A DNA stretch of 47,244 nucleotides, the filler included, from Catajapyx aquilonaris (Eukaryota): NCBI GenBank assembly GCA_000934665.2. It is 2 parts of 2 records of this genome, joined end to end, with 100 filler letters (N's around TTAATTAATTAA, not from the genome) between each part and the next. Parts side by side here need not be neighbours in the genome. Positions count along the whole stretch, not along the records: positions 1 to 23,667 come from JYFJ02005674.1; 1 more part is not named here. The stretch is one strand, 5' to 3'. The position numbers and the translations under genes are program-made. Below, in pieces: positions 1 to 11,469 of this stretch (the stretch's first letter is position 1; each line of letters starts with the position of its first letter). The notes beneath the pieces were generated by a model, which made no database searches, had not been told where the DNA came from, and saw nothing but the letters and a program-made list of their open reading frames with translations.

Positions 1-271
1 CTCAGGATGGCCACCACGGCGCTGCCTGGCGTCAGCAGACAATCTACTCTGATAAACTCCCTGCTGTTTTTGCGGCAGTGTCGGCTGTCGGGCTGGATGT
101 GCCTTATTTGTTTGATGTTTGTGGGTTTGGAGGGAGGACATAATTATGTCATTAACATAATTTATGCTTGCAAGGGAATATCAGCCGAGTGTTCAGGTAA
201 AAGGTGACAACCAAGGGGTGTAATATAGTATGTCCGGTAGTATTCGTCGTACCTATGGTGTGCGTCAGAAG

Positions 272-570
272 CAGTGGCGTAGCCAGGATTCCGGTTCGGG
301 GGGGGGGGGGGGGGGGAATTAANAGTGGTACTCACTGGTACTCCTCAGGTACCTCACTCTCTATCACTCCTTGGTACTCCTTGAATTTGGTACTCCAGTG
401 TACACTTTTCAGTCGAGTGATTACCCCCTTGGGGGGGGGGCGCAATCGGGGGGAGGGGTATAAACCGAAAAGGGCGGGGAGGAGGGCGAAATTTTTTGGG
501 GGTTCAAGGTCACACGAGCTCAGGTGAAAGTGGGAGATTTGAATGCATGTGTATTTGATGAAATTGGGAC
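272..570 (+). mobile_element. 5' part of a non-autonomous DNA transposon (hAT-like CAGTGGCGTAGCCAGG terminus plus poly-G)
   Basis: Starts CAGTGGCGTAGCCAGG followed by a G-run. Segment 468-567 is closely similar to ~41450-41557 inside another hAT-like MITE. No right end or TSD found, and there is a single N at 323. Confidence 0.45.
325..432. repeat. Partial copy of the GGTACTCC-rich palindromic repeat family
   Basis: TGGTACTCCTTGAATTTGGTACTCC.GTGTACACTTTTCAGTCGAGTGATTACCC is shared with ~11531-11585, and a related segment lies at ~6477-6594. Confidence 0.8.
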
Positions 571-3037
571 TGAGTTCCAAAGGGTTTGGGGACGGAAACT
601 TTATAGGGTTGATTGCATAATAGGGCTGGACTGTCGGTGTCTCCCTGACCAAGAGGTATATAGTGTATAGCGCATAATGATTAAAACTACCGTACAGGTG
701 GAACTCTTGGGCCAATAGAGATGCCACTTTATTTGGGTCCGATTTGAGGGTCCGATTGAGATATCGCAATTGGTAGGCTATTGATCAAAGCAAAGAGATA
801 TCCTATGTCGCACATACAGCCTATAGGCCTACAACACGTTATCGCCTCGGGGACTGCTTTCGACACTTGAAGTGTTCGTAGCTTGATTAAAATTCAATTA
901 AAAATAAGTAATATGCAGGTCACCCAGAGTACTCATGCCTATACCAGGATATAAACATTAGACATTGTGTTTACCTACCTTCTCTTCCTACAATGGTCCT
1001 CTGCTGGTGCTCGCAAGGTCCCTATCCCAGTTTTTCTGTATCATTATCAAGTGCGCTCTCGTTTAAAAAAAATATAAAGTATATTTTAAACGGCTGTAGG
1101 AGCTCCTAACTCTGCACGAATAAGGAAGGATTTGGGATCGATCCGGGGACCTTTCTGTTCCTCTGCACAAACGTTTTCATTACGTCACTCCGAAAAGAAA
1201 ACATTCTTTCTGGTCACCGAAAAATGCATCAGTCCTTTTCTTTTGTGTGAGCATGCATTTGTGCAACCAGCCCGTCATAAAAAGGGTTATGAGTATAGAG
1301 TGTAGCATGCAACTTCCCCTGGTTGTTATGGTAGTAAACCCAATAATTTTGCGGGTTTAAATGGCCTCTACCTGCGACTGTACCTTGTGGAACACTTTGA
1401 TTTTTGAGACAGGTGCATAGTCCGCAGTAACATGCTTCATGGAAAGCTACGAATTTCTGCATATTATTTTTTGGCGTATACCATTCCAGGACACAATAAC
1501 TCGCTCAATTCGCAGATTTTGCCAGCAATATTGCAGAGTTACGTGACTTTTCCCTGACTGAGATGGCCAAGCAAGCCTCCAGGCGGTGAACTTACCCAGA
1601 AAGCCCAGAGACAATGGTTGTGGCATAATCTGACTTATCTACCGTCGTGGTTGACAAGCTCTCCCTCCTTCCTTTGTTCAAAGGTGGCATCGTTCCAATT
1701 CCATGCGTATAGAGCAAGATTTGAGAGGAAACGCCCTTCCACTCTGAATTTTCCATAGTTGCGAGCGTTTGTTAATGGTTCCGAGACAAATTAGAGAGCA
1801 GTCTGTCATCTTTCCTCATCTTCAACGTCGTCATGAAAGAGCAGGTCTGATCAAGTGGGGGTGGGTTCGTTCGTGTATAGTCATGAAGCGGGGAAGAAAA
1901 CTAGGCCGAAGGATTCTCCTCTGGTCTCTGTCGACTTCCTCCCTGCCCCATCCATATATTCACGGCAGCTTCCTACCCATCCACTCACCATCTCCAGCAT
2001 GCTTGCATATGCTGTATATTGTATACACAACATATGCATACCCATAGCCATCTCTTTCGATTACCACCTGCCATATCGTAATAAGCAAATAAGGCAACAA
2101 TTTGTGCGCTTATAAGGAAATGTGCGTTGGCAATTATTAAGTTGTAGAGTTTTGACTATTTAATGATTCAAAAGCAAGAGCAGAGGAGTGACTTGGAGTG
2201 ATGCGAGCTGAAAAGCTACTGGCGGGGGAGGGTCGGGTCGATAGAGCATTAACAGAATAGGCTGGTGAGATAGCAGATTCGTCTGATATGAGATAATCAG
2301 GTTAGCATCGGTTGTTGGTTGTCTTTATGCCAGACAACCAACCCTTATCTGTTGAAATTAACTGTATCTCATATTATCACTGCTCATGTCATAAAGTGAC
2401 TGTTATAACCGTTACAGCACAATACAGAATGCGCAAGCAACACAGATTCACCCCCACAGTCCTCCCCGTTACCCCTAATCCGTCATTTCCCATCACTGAA
2501 CAGTCTTGCCGGATTTGAAAACATTATTTGCGTTGAAGTAAGGGAAGTTCAGTAATAATTTCGAAACTACCGTAGGCCTATTCAAGGGGAATGCTCATGG
2601 TACTTACAGAAACAATCACAAGAAAATAACTGAATAAAATAGTTGTATAGATCCTCCTGAGACCCCTGGTACAGTATACTGTACCCTTTTTTTGCACCGT
2701 CGGTAATCGAGAGTGCGTGCTGGGGTCCCGAAGTACAGATCCGTGTACCTTTCCTCTCCCGCCATTAAAATTCGCGCGCGTCAGTATCGCCATACTACGA
2801 GGATAATTCAGTCTCAAGATGAAAGGAGAGGCCGAAAACGAAAAACGTCTCTAGACAAGGACACAACGGTACAATCGCCTGCGTGCCATTGTGCGGGAGG
2901 GTCGGGAAGCGCAGCGTATGCGCCGTTCCGTTCATCGCCGATCCAATCACTCCATCGGATAACTGTTACTGCGATTCCGCTATCCGCTATCCGCTATCCT
3001 TCTATCATATAATTATGGTTCTAGTCACATCCGTACG

Positions 3038-3155
3038 TAGGGCTGTATACGCTGACGATAGGGCTGTATGCGCTGACGATAGGGCTGTATACGTGAAGAT
3101 ATGGCTGTATCCGCAACGAGTGAAGGTTAGGTTAGGTTAGGTTGGGTTGGGTTAG
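3038..3155 (+). repeat. Four ~21-bp tandem units (TAGGGCTGTATACGCTGACGA) followed by (GGTTA/GGTTG)n
   Basis: Read directly: units begin at 3038, 3059, 3080 and 3100, then aggttaggttaggttaggttgggttgggttag. Confidence 0.9.
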
Positions 3156-3327
3156 TACATCATACCCCTACCCCCTGCCCACATCACATCAAGCAGTGAA
3201 AATTAATATTCCAGCACTGAAAATATCAACACGCTCGCCCCCTCCACGTCATTTAATAGTCATTTCACGGCGGCCTGACCTCTGCGCAGTATAAGAATCC
3301 CCATCGGAAGGAGCAATTCCAGCGATG

Positions 3328-3408
3328 GCTGCCGTAGCGTAATGGTTAGCGCGCTGGCCCATAGATCAGAAGGCTGCAGGTTCACGTCCGGGTGAGGCTG
3401 ATTTTTTT
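3328..3408 (+). pseudogene. tRNA-derived sequence (tRNA pseudogene or SINE head) with a CAT anticodon-like loop and T-run
   Basis: A-box TAGCGTAATGG, B-box-like GGTTCACGTCC, and GCGCGCTGGCCCATAG resembling initiator tRNA-Met. The acceptor stem does not pair. A T7 run follows. Confidence 0.6.
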
Positions 3409-4142
3409 CCCCTCCCTCTTTTTTTCGTCGTCTTTTCTTATGAGTCTTTTTTTCACTCCCTTCCTCCTTATTTTTATCCAGGAATTTATTTAGTACCGTA
3501 CAGTACCCTCCAGGAAGTATTGTCAGTCACGCGTCATTTTATGGCGAAAATGCAAAGATACCGAGTCGCAGAATAGCGCAATAGCTGTAGCGGCTGCTGA
3601 ATAGTAGCTACACAGCTCTGACCCCCCCCCCCCCTTCTCTCTACGACATCTGCGCAGGCGCAGGTACCGTTGTATCCCTGTCTGGAGACGTTTGTCGAAA
3701 ACGTCCATGGTCCCCCAATATTTTTTACGTATTTTTAAAAGTGATTGGATCACGGCCATTCTTGGCAGACAGGTGCATTAGGACCTCCTTATCTGAGTAA
3801 TGCTCCTGAAAAACTAATGACTGTTTTTTTTGACGAGTGTGGCTGTTGTAGTTTGCAAGGTTCACTTTCACTTTGTAGAGGGAATACTTTCAGATGGAGA
3901 CCTGAAGTACAGAATACTGTACCTCACATTTTGTGAAAACTACGTGTGAAAGTTTTGCATTTTTTAAAAAATTTCTTCGTGCATGAAATAGCAAGGAAAT
4001 CCAGGAGTCAATAATTGTTATTGGCTACAAAGCCGCCGGGTATACATGGAATGTCCGCATCGGTAAGCAGAAATGCTGCTTACTCGCCTTTCGCTTTGAG
4101 TGAAGTGTAACCGTCACAACATTGTTAAAAGGGGGTTATGAG

Positions 4143-4587
4143 GGGGAAAAAACTTTTTTTCCCTTTTACTTATTTTTTCTTTTTTTCTTTTTTTAATTTA
4201 GATATACCCCGTGCTAGGGCCCTAGGCCCTCTTAGGGGAGTGGATTACCACTATCGGTGCAGGGGACAGGGTAGGGATAGGGAGGGGGGGGGGGACACTG
4301 GTGCATGTGCAATGTCATCAAGTTGGGGGTCGTGTGCAGTCCTTCAGGCGGCCCGTTCGCCAAGATGACCCCCTAGATGCGAGTCTGACACCGCACCTCC
4401 TCCAGGGCAAGGAAAGGAAGGAAGCGGCTGTGGCCTATTTTTAGGTACGATCCCGGAAATTTTTCCTGGGGCGACCTTGGGAAACCACAGAAAACCAAGG
4501 TCAGGATCGCCGGCCTCCGGGATTCGAACCCAGGACCTCCCGATTAGCTATCGGACACCATATCCACTCCACCACTACTGCTTCGGT
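4143..4587 (-). mobile_element. tRNA-derived SINE, Talua-like body
   Basis: Minus strand has B-box GGTTCGAATCCC, body CCTGACCTTGGTTTTCTGTGGTTTCCC...AGGCCACAGCCGCTTCCTTCC and an A-rich tail. 10-bp TSD GGGTTATGAG at 4133-4142 and 4588-4597. Confidence 0.85.
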
Positions 4588-4793
4588 GGGTTATGAGAAT
4601 TATTGTGAGATAACTGTGCACCAAACAATAATTTACAGATTCGCCTGCTGATCAAATAGACCTCGGATATTGTAATCCGTTGTTTAAAAAGCATCCCAGA
4701 AAATAGTAGGGATACTGGTCAAAGTAAATATTATGATTCATCAAAATACAGCTCTCCACATAGACTAGTAAATGAGAGCTAAGGGAATTTATT

Positions 4794-5081
4794 ATTATTA
4801 ATAATAATTCATACCCCGTTATCAGCCATCGGCCCTTTAGGGGGGAAATTTGTTTTACCTGGAACTCTTTGCTTTTCATTTTACTGTGCTCTTTGGGATA
4901 GGACAGGGACGGAAGGAAGCGGCTGTGGCCTATTAATTACGGAAGCAACTCCGGAATTTTCCTGGCAGGACCGTGGGAAACCACAGAAAACCACGGTCAG
5001 AGTTGCCGGCCCCGGGATATGATCCCAGGACCTCCCGATTAGCAGTCGGACGCCTTATCCGCTATGCCAACCTGCTTCGGT
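4794..5081 (-). mobile_element. Second SINE of the same family with a shorter 3' region
   Basis: Same head and body as 4143-4587, with a (TAA)n-like tail. 14-bp TSD TAAGGGAATTTATT at 4780-4793 and 5082-5095. Confidence 0.85.
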
Positions 5082-6476
5082 TAAGGGAATTTATTTAAAT
5101 AGGCTTGGTGGCATGGGACTGCTAACAAGCCAAATGTTGTCCTCATTTCAGGACCTTTGCAGGACTGGGAAGCCGCTGAAACAGTAGTATGTTGCAAACT
5201 TTAAAAAAAAACAGTTCGAAGTCGAATTCACACATTCCCAGCCCTCCCTTTTTTGTCCACCCCCTTTCCCCTTCAAAGAGAGTGTTGCAATAAAATAATT
5301 AAGATTCAAGCCAAGGGCTTGTCTGAAGATTCGCTCGTCCTTTAGGCGAAATGGGGATTAGTCGTAGCCTGTGGCTTGGAGGAGCCTCCCACGAGTCTGG
5401 TGAACACAATAACACAAAGCAATTTGGAATTCCCCAGTTGAATAGGAAGCGCTGGGCGGCCATTCTGGCGACGAGGAAAAGGCATGTTTCCTGGATATTT
5501 GTATGGAGAAGGCGTAGAACGCAGAGCCCATGCGGATAACAACGACAAGAATTTCTTCCTCTCCTTCCACTTCTTTTTTCCCCCTGGCTCACCAGCTGCT
5601 TCCTTCTTTCGCGAAAACGGGCCAATGTTCGAGCTTTTCTCCACGTGCGGATTGAATAAATACCGATGCTGGAAGGCTTTTACCAGGGGCTCCTTCACTT
5701 CACTCTAAAGCCATCTCGGTCATTCGAAGGGATCAAGAGTCGTTAGTGGCGCTTTATTGACCACATACTGAGACAAAAGTGCGAATAAATTGAAAGAGAC
5801 TTTCTGCTAGAGTGCAAAAGTTTCCCAACATGATACTAACCGACGCGATGGTGTTGAAATCAAGACAAGGTGTGCTGCAGGCGTCATTGTATCTATTCCG
5901 AGTTGCTCAATTAATTAATACTGCAGCGTGTGTATTTCATCGAAGCTTCTAGTCTAAAATATTTTCTTCGTTGATTTATGTCATAGCCAAAGAAAAACCA
6001 ATCACCCATCATGTGTGTCTTTCCAAAACGGAATTTGTTGTTCACTAGGGCACTACGGTAATGATTACAATATTTTTTAGTTTCAATGAAATTAAAAATA
6101 AGGTATGCCATGTGCAGAACGAATTGCTTATTTTCTTGTTTATTATCATATTATCACTACTTACAAGAAGGCGATAAGTTCGCTTTCCCCGGGGCTGTCG
6201 AGAGACTCGAGACGGCAAGTGAAGGTCTTTATCAATATCTGGTACTCTTTTATTTCGGATATTTTTTTATCAATAATTATTCTTATCAATCACATTGTAT
6301 TCGATCGATATGACTAAAACAATGAGGTCAGAATGCTCCTGTCATTGATATTTATTGTTGAAAGCTATAATCAACACCAACAAAATCAGGTCGGATTTGT
6401 TATGCTCCATTTGGTGGTCCGCGCCTTTAGTAATTGTTTTCTTACAATCACGTAAGTTTGGGGAGGGGGAGTTCAA

Positions 6477-6594
6477 GGGGTTAACCACTTCGGTACTCCG
6501 GTGTACACCTGCAGTGGTACAGTACTCCCAGGTATTCCTTAGATACCTTACTCTTTGGTACTCCTTGGTACTCCAGTGTACACTTTACAGTCGG
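6477..6594. repeat. Copy of the GGTACTCC-rich repeat family
   Basis: CACTTCGGTACTCCGGTGTACACCTGC and GGTACTCCAGTGTACACTTT match the 11470-11599 copy. Confidence 0.75.
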
Positions 6595-6981
6595 TTGGAG
6601 GAGTTTCCAAGAGAAATGTTAGTTTTAAATATATATATATATATAGATAAAATGCACTCTTTAAACTGCAAACCCTTCTGCCTGAAATTCACTCCAGTGC
6701 AGTGTGACTGATGGTTCTGCATTTGATGTCTTCACTTGTTTTGTCACGTTTACGAATCATTGTGAGCACAATATCATGCAGGTTAATATTACCTCTTCAG
6801 CCATCTATTTCTGCAATCATTCCTAATTTACCTTACTGGACAGAGAAGGAGATCAGGCTTTCTGAAGGGGACCTGCCTTTGACTCCATTCAGAACAGGTT
6901 GTGGTCTGCCCAATGCAATGCAGGCATGTACGTAGGTGGGTTTCCATACTTGTCGGGATGGTCAATGCCAAGTAGCAGCCA

Positions 6982-7209
6982 CTCCCCCCTTTTTGTGCGA
7001 GCTTATCTCTTCTCTCCCACCAAGGGGGTTTGCCAAGGCGGCGCTAGTCTCGGCTCCTGTACTACTCCAGAAAATCGGAGTCGACCGAAATGGTTCAAAA
7101 ATTATGCCCGCTAGTGGCAGCGCCACCTATCTTCGGTACCGAGACTATAGCCGCCGCGCCGTGGCAAACCCCCCTTAGTGGGGGAGAAGAGCTAAGCTCA
7201 CAGGGGGAG
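6982..7209. mobile_element. MITE-like hairpin element (~70-bp imperfect arms)
   Basis: 6982-7052 (..CTCTTCTCTCCCACCAAGGGGGTTTGCCA..AGTCTCGG) is inverted at 7139-7209. Confidence 0.65.
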
Positions 7210-7439
7210 CAATGTATATGGTATACGAGTGACCGAGGGCTGGTCGATGTCAAAGGTCGACATCTCCTATATAGCACCTAGACATAGCGTCGACGGTCTT
7301 TCGGGCCCATGAGATGCCTTACCATACGCACCCCCATACTCCCCGTATCATGTTGGCAGACGAATTCGGGACCACCTTTCGCCTTTTAGGGAATCATCTT
7401 TTCAATCGTTTTAACAAAATAATTTTCCTGTGCTCCGAT

Positions 7440-7610
7440 GGGTTTTTGATTGTGGGAGGAAACAGGAGAGCCCCGAGGAAACCCACGCGAACACGGAGAT
7501 AACCCATCGAAACTCATCCACACAAGTATCCTCTGCTCAATCCGGGGACAGAACTCGGGACCTCAGAGGTGGAAAGCTGTGGCACTAACCACTACACCAC
7601 CTTGCCGCCC
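7440..7610 (-). mobile_element. V-SINE (tRNA head plus V central domain); 3' tail boundary not resolved
   Basis: Minus strand starts GGGCGGCAAGGTGGTGTAGTGGTTAG (A-box), then TGTGTGGATGAGTTT..CTCCGTGTTCGCGTGGGTTTCCTCGGGGCTCTCCTGTTTCCTCCCACAATCAAAAAC, matching the V-domain pattern as I recall it. Confidence 0.8.
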
Positions 7611-8379
7611 GTTTAATTTTCCGGTATATGATATGGTCTGGTTTGTTATCACCATGCAGCGCGCAGAGATGGGAACTTAATTAAACTTGCTAGCAACATT
7701 GAAACGAACTCATCATTCCAGGCTAGTGCTTAAAAAAGAGTGAGAAGAAACCAGGGTCTACAATTTCTTAACGTAATTAGACCTATGCCTTGCTGGCATA
7801 CATCTTCATTAAGGGGACATAAACTTTAATTGCATTGCACTTACACCACTCAAGTTTTTTCCCTCTATCCTTGGCCCATCACCTTCCTCCTTTCACCCCT
7901 CTCCTCCACTTCTCTGCTTTCCAGGCCTTGTAATAAATTACACTGAGCAAGTAAGAACTCTTTTTTGCATTTTCGTCCTTATCTGCAAAAAGAAAATTGT
8001 TCTCCTGAAAGACTTGAAAATTTCCTACTCTGCCCCAAAACTAACTCCTGTTTGGCTCTAAGAAAAAGATGAATTGATGAATTGCTGTGCAACTAAAACA
8101 GTGTATGGCTTTTATTTCCACTTGCTATACGTCCTCCTGATTCTCTGTCTGTGACGATCATGATATGCTATATCAAATTCAACTCCCTTTTCCGCCCTTG
8201 TACAGTACCTACTACTGGTCTCAACAGCAATGTGTTAGGCATGGACCAAATACTTGTAGGAAAAATTAATCCTTTTCAACACTTTAAGCAATATATTTGC
8301 ATCTAATGTTAAGGATTGAGCAATTTTTTGGTTGTAGGAACTTGCATTTTAAAGCCTGCGGGGGGGCTAGTGAAGCGGG

Positions 8380-8683
8380 CCTTACTTCGACCCTACGTCA
8401 TCGCACCCCTGGAACTGCCTGGAACCTCCCACTTTTCAAGTTTTCCATAGAAATGCCCTCACACAACAATATGAGTAAACAGTGTAAACATCGACAACCA
8501 CGAGCCAACGAACATAGAACCACAATAAATTTGAACACTCTTTACGTCCACGTTATACTCCTATTGTTGTGTGAGGGCATTTCCATGGAAAAAGGAAAAG
8601 TGGGAGGTTCCAGGGGTGCGTTTGGCAGATTTCCGTTGACTAGGAGTCTGTAAACAAAATGATGACCTAGGGTCGAAGTAAGG
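8380..8683. mobile_element. MITE with terminal and internal inverted repeats
   Basis: TIR CCTTACTTCGACCCTA.GTCATC / GATGAC.TAGGGTCGAAGTAAGG, flanked by GCGGG on both sides. Inner arms at ~8403-8483 and ~8549-8620. Confidence 0.8.
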
Positions 8684-10774
8684 GCGGGCCGCCTATAGAA
8701 AATCTCTTCATCAATCCTATCACATTAGTGTACTTCAATCGTTAATTCTTTAACTCGTGTTTTGTCCCGTGGACTCTGACCTCACTGTTTATACTCAAAA
8801 GATTTTTGTTATTGTTGTTATTATAATATTTTTATGTAGAGCCAGATTCAGGATGAATTCCATGGACTGCTGCAATATTCATTTCCAAAATCCAAGGGAC
8901 AGTGCATTTTTATTTTTATTTTGGGGAATCCACATAAAAGTGGATCCTGTTCTTTCCCAATTCCCTAGATTTGGATGAAAGTTGGTAAGTAATGAGAGAT
9001 CATAGAGTTATAACCAAAAGCTCAGTCAAGTACTATTTCAATAGAATATCCCTCCGAGCATGCGTGGAAGATTGGATATTTTACTCTCTCAGTGTTTGTG
9101 ATATTGTGATCCATAACTTTAATTTATTTATGAGACGTGTCTATAAAACGCATCGGTGGAAAGCGTCAGCAAAATCAATTACGTTTTATAAAATAATATT
9201 CGTGATTCTATGTCACAGAATGACGAGATACGAAGCTAGAAATCAACAAATACAAATAGAATTGATACGCGACATGGGAAAGAAGTTTTGCCTGAAAACT
9301 TGTGCTAGAACTCGAGCACCTTACTTTGTCTTAAGAAATATATTGGGGGTGATCCATGCGAGGAAAGCCCTAGGGCATGTTCGTGAGTTGGCGATTCAGC
9401 CCTGGGGTTGCTGCAATGAACCCCTTACGTATAGTTCCTAAAATATTTAATACATTATTTTGAGATACCGGTAGTCTTTGCGCGTGTAAAGGCGTGTAAT
9501 ATTATTTTGCAAAGTCATTCTTGTTATTACTACCAACAAAAACCGATTCCCCCCACCCTTCTCTGTTTGAGAAAGAAATAGCTAATTTTTATGTTCCTGT
9601 TTGCTCCAACCTACCTGGACGTCGTCATGGATTTTGAATGTCACTCTTTGTAACATAGTCCTCGAGTAATTGATGGACATGCGAGAGAAAGTTGTGCATG
9701 TAGTTTGAGGGAATCAATCCCGCATCAAGTGAGTCGAGCATTGGTATAACGTGGTAAATGAGCCGAGTTTCAATTTACAAGCTTCCACGGATCCTGAACC
9801 GGAAGAGCCCGAGGGTCCCGGTTCCAGATAGCATGGGAAGAGGGAGGGATGGAGAGAGGCAGGGAAGGGGGAGGCAGAAAGGGAGGAAGGGGGTTGAACC
9901 CCCAAGTTTTCTGCTGATGGATAGCGTGTGGGAAGGTAACGAATGTTTGCTCGTGTTCCAGGAGAATGAAATGTCAATTAAACTAGTGCTTTCCATTCCT
10001 CCCCGCTCACTGCAAGTGCTGGCTCCCTTTTTTTTCCACCACTCCTTTGGTCAGTTGGTCGTCGTTTCCTGGCTTACCTCTCCGAGGAATAACATTCCTG
10101 GCAATCAAGTGCAAAATCACATGGGACTTTCCCTCGCCCCTTGGACATCGAATGTGCCATTTAAACCATTTCATCAGAGGGTAATATAATAAGCTCGTCA
10201 TCTCATTCAAGTGGAAAGCCAGTTGTGGGAATTGAACAACTGCATGATACGAAGGCAGACTAGGCTTCCACGACAGGGCCAGCTGCAGTATCATGTAACC
10301 CAGGTTACTAGTCCCACTCGTGTGCTCCATTGCTCATCTCCCATTCTCTGCTTCGCAAGTGTCACTGTGTCTGCCTGATGGATTATCATGCCAGGCATGA
10401 AGCAATTCAAAGAAAGATGGGGCCAGGAGAGGGAAGGAAATATGGCAGCACAGGGACGGGGCAAGAGTGTAAGACTTGTCGGCCTCGATTTGGAAGGAAA
10501 TTGACTTTCGGTTTGGTGAAATCTCATTTTCATACGAAGCGGTGTTTGATGGGCGTCCAAGAGAGAACTATGATTACAAACGCCTGACAACATCTCTGTC
10601 TTCAACTACTATCATCGTTGCGTTGCGTAACATGCATAAACCAACTTTTGATATAAAGAAGATGCAGTGACATGGTGTAACAAGGCCAGGTCGCGACATA
10701 TTACCCACAGAATGATATCCATAAACACTATACACATCCATAGTAAATTCATTACGTCAGACGACGGGTATAAA

Positions 10775-11441
10775 CAGTGATGGCCCACATTCCATAAGGG
10801 GGTGGAGGCACGATGCCTCCACCTTGTCTCAGGGAGGAAAATTTATACTAGTTAATTTGAACTTCCGGGGGGGAATGGTAAACTTGAATATTTTTCAATC
10901 TTTGATCAGGATCCGGACCGTGACGCAATTTTTTCCGGACTGCTACAATATTAAGTACGTACTATGGGGTTCAAATTGTTTTGGCCACTTTATCCTGGTT
11001 TTGAAGCAAGTTTATCCTATGCTTGCGTGACCTTGAACCGAAATTATTTTTCGTCTGCGGCGCGCTTTTCCTGCCGTTCCCCTGGTGCAGTTCTAATCAT
11101 TCGTTCGAATGAGAGCTGCTTGCTGTTTGTAGTTCTACTCTGTACGGAAAACGAGAGAACGATCTGACGTCATCAAGGTTTTTATGGTCACAGAACAATA
11201 TGAGTAAACAGTGTCAACAAAAAGCAATAATGGAAGAAACGATGACGTCAGAAAGTTCTCTCGTTTTCCATAGGCCTACATTAGCCGTGATCATTGTGCC
11301 TTCCTATATATCAGCTATTCCATATCCTAAACATAAACCCCGGATAGTGTTGGCATAAAATGACAATTTATACTATATAAAATAAACTTTTTGTAGGGGG
11401 GGGGGATGCCTCCACGACTTAGGGGGGCATGGGGGCCACTG
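10775..11441. mobile_element. Degenerate hAT-like MITE containing nested repeats
   Basis: Ends CAGTGATGGCCC...GGGGCCACTG, with flanks GGTATAAA/GGCATACA (6 of 8 match). GATGCCTCCAC occurs near both ends. 10961-11010 matches the hairpin arm at ~43146-43195. Confidence 0.45.
11143..11272. mobile_element. Small MITE (~30-bp TIR)
   Basis: TACGGAAAACGAGAGAAC..TCTGACGTCATC is inverted as GATGACGTCAGA..GTTCTCTCGTTTTCCATA. Confidence 0.75.
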
Positions 11442-11469
11442 GGCATACATCCAAAATAATAGCGTTGAC

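Larger units (their letters stand above)
2830..3706. mobile_element. Composite MITE-like element with ~45-bp imperfect terminal inverted repeats
   Basis: 2839-2883 (CGAAAAACGTCTCTAGACAAGGACACAACGGTAC..CGCCTGCG) is an imperfect inverted copy of 3653-3697. No clear TSD. Confidence 0.6.

Noticed and set aside
272..432. Chimeric element joining a hAT end to the GGTACTCC family
   Set aside because: The junction coincides with a poly-G run and a single N at 323, so it may be an assembly join.
960..2790. Minus-strand exons suggested by splice-like sites (~975-1035, ~1595-1845, ~2748-2793)
   Set aside because: No consistent frame or recognisable protein could be assembled.
3038..3119. CRISPR-like array (also considered for 39400-39550 and ~26272-26400)
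   Set aside because: Units are contiguous tandem repeats without unique spacers, there are no cas genes, and the context is eukaryotic.
3120..3155. (TTAGG)n as a telomere or chromosome fusion scar
   Set aside because: Only about six partly degenerate units, embedded in a TIR-bounded repeat.
3328..3401. Functional tRNA-Met gene
   Set aside because: The acceptor stem does not pair and the B-box is non-canonical, so it is treated as tRNA-derived.
5299..5708. Overlapping ORFs on both strands
   Set aside because: No recognisable domain or splice support. Could be UTR or chance ORFs.
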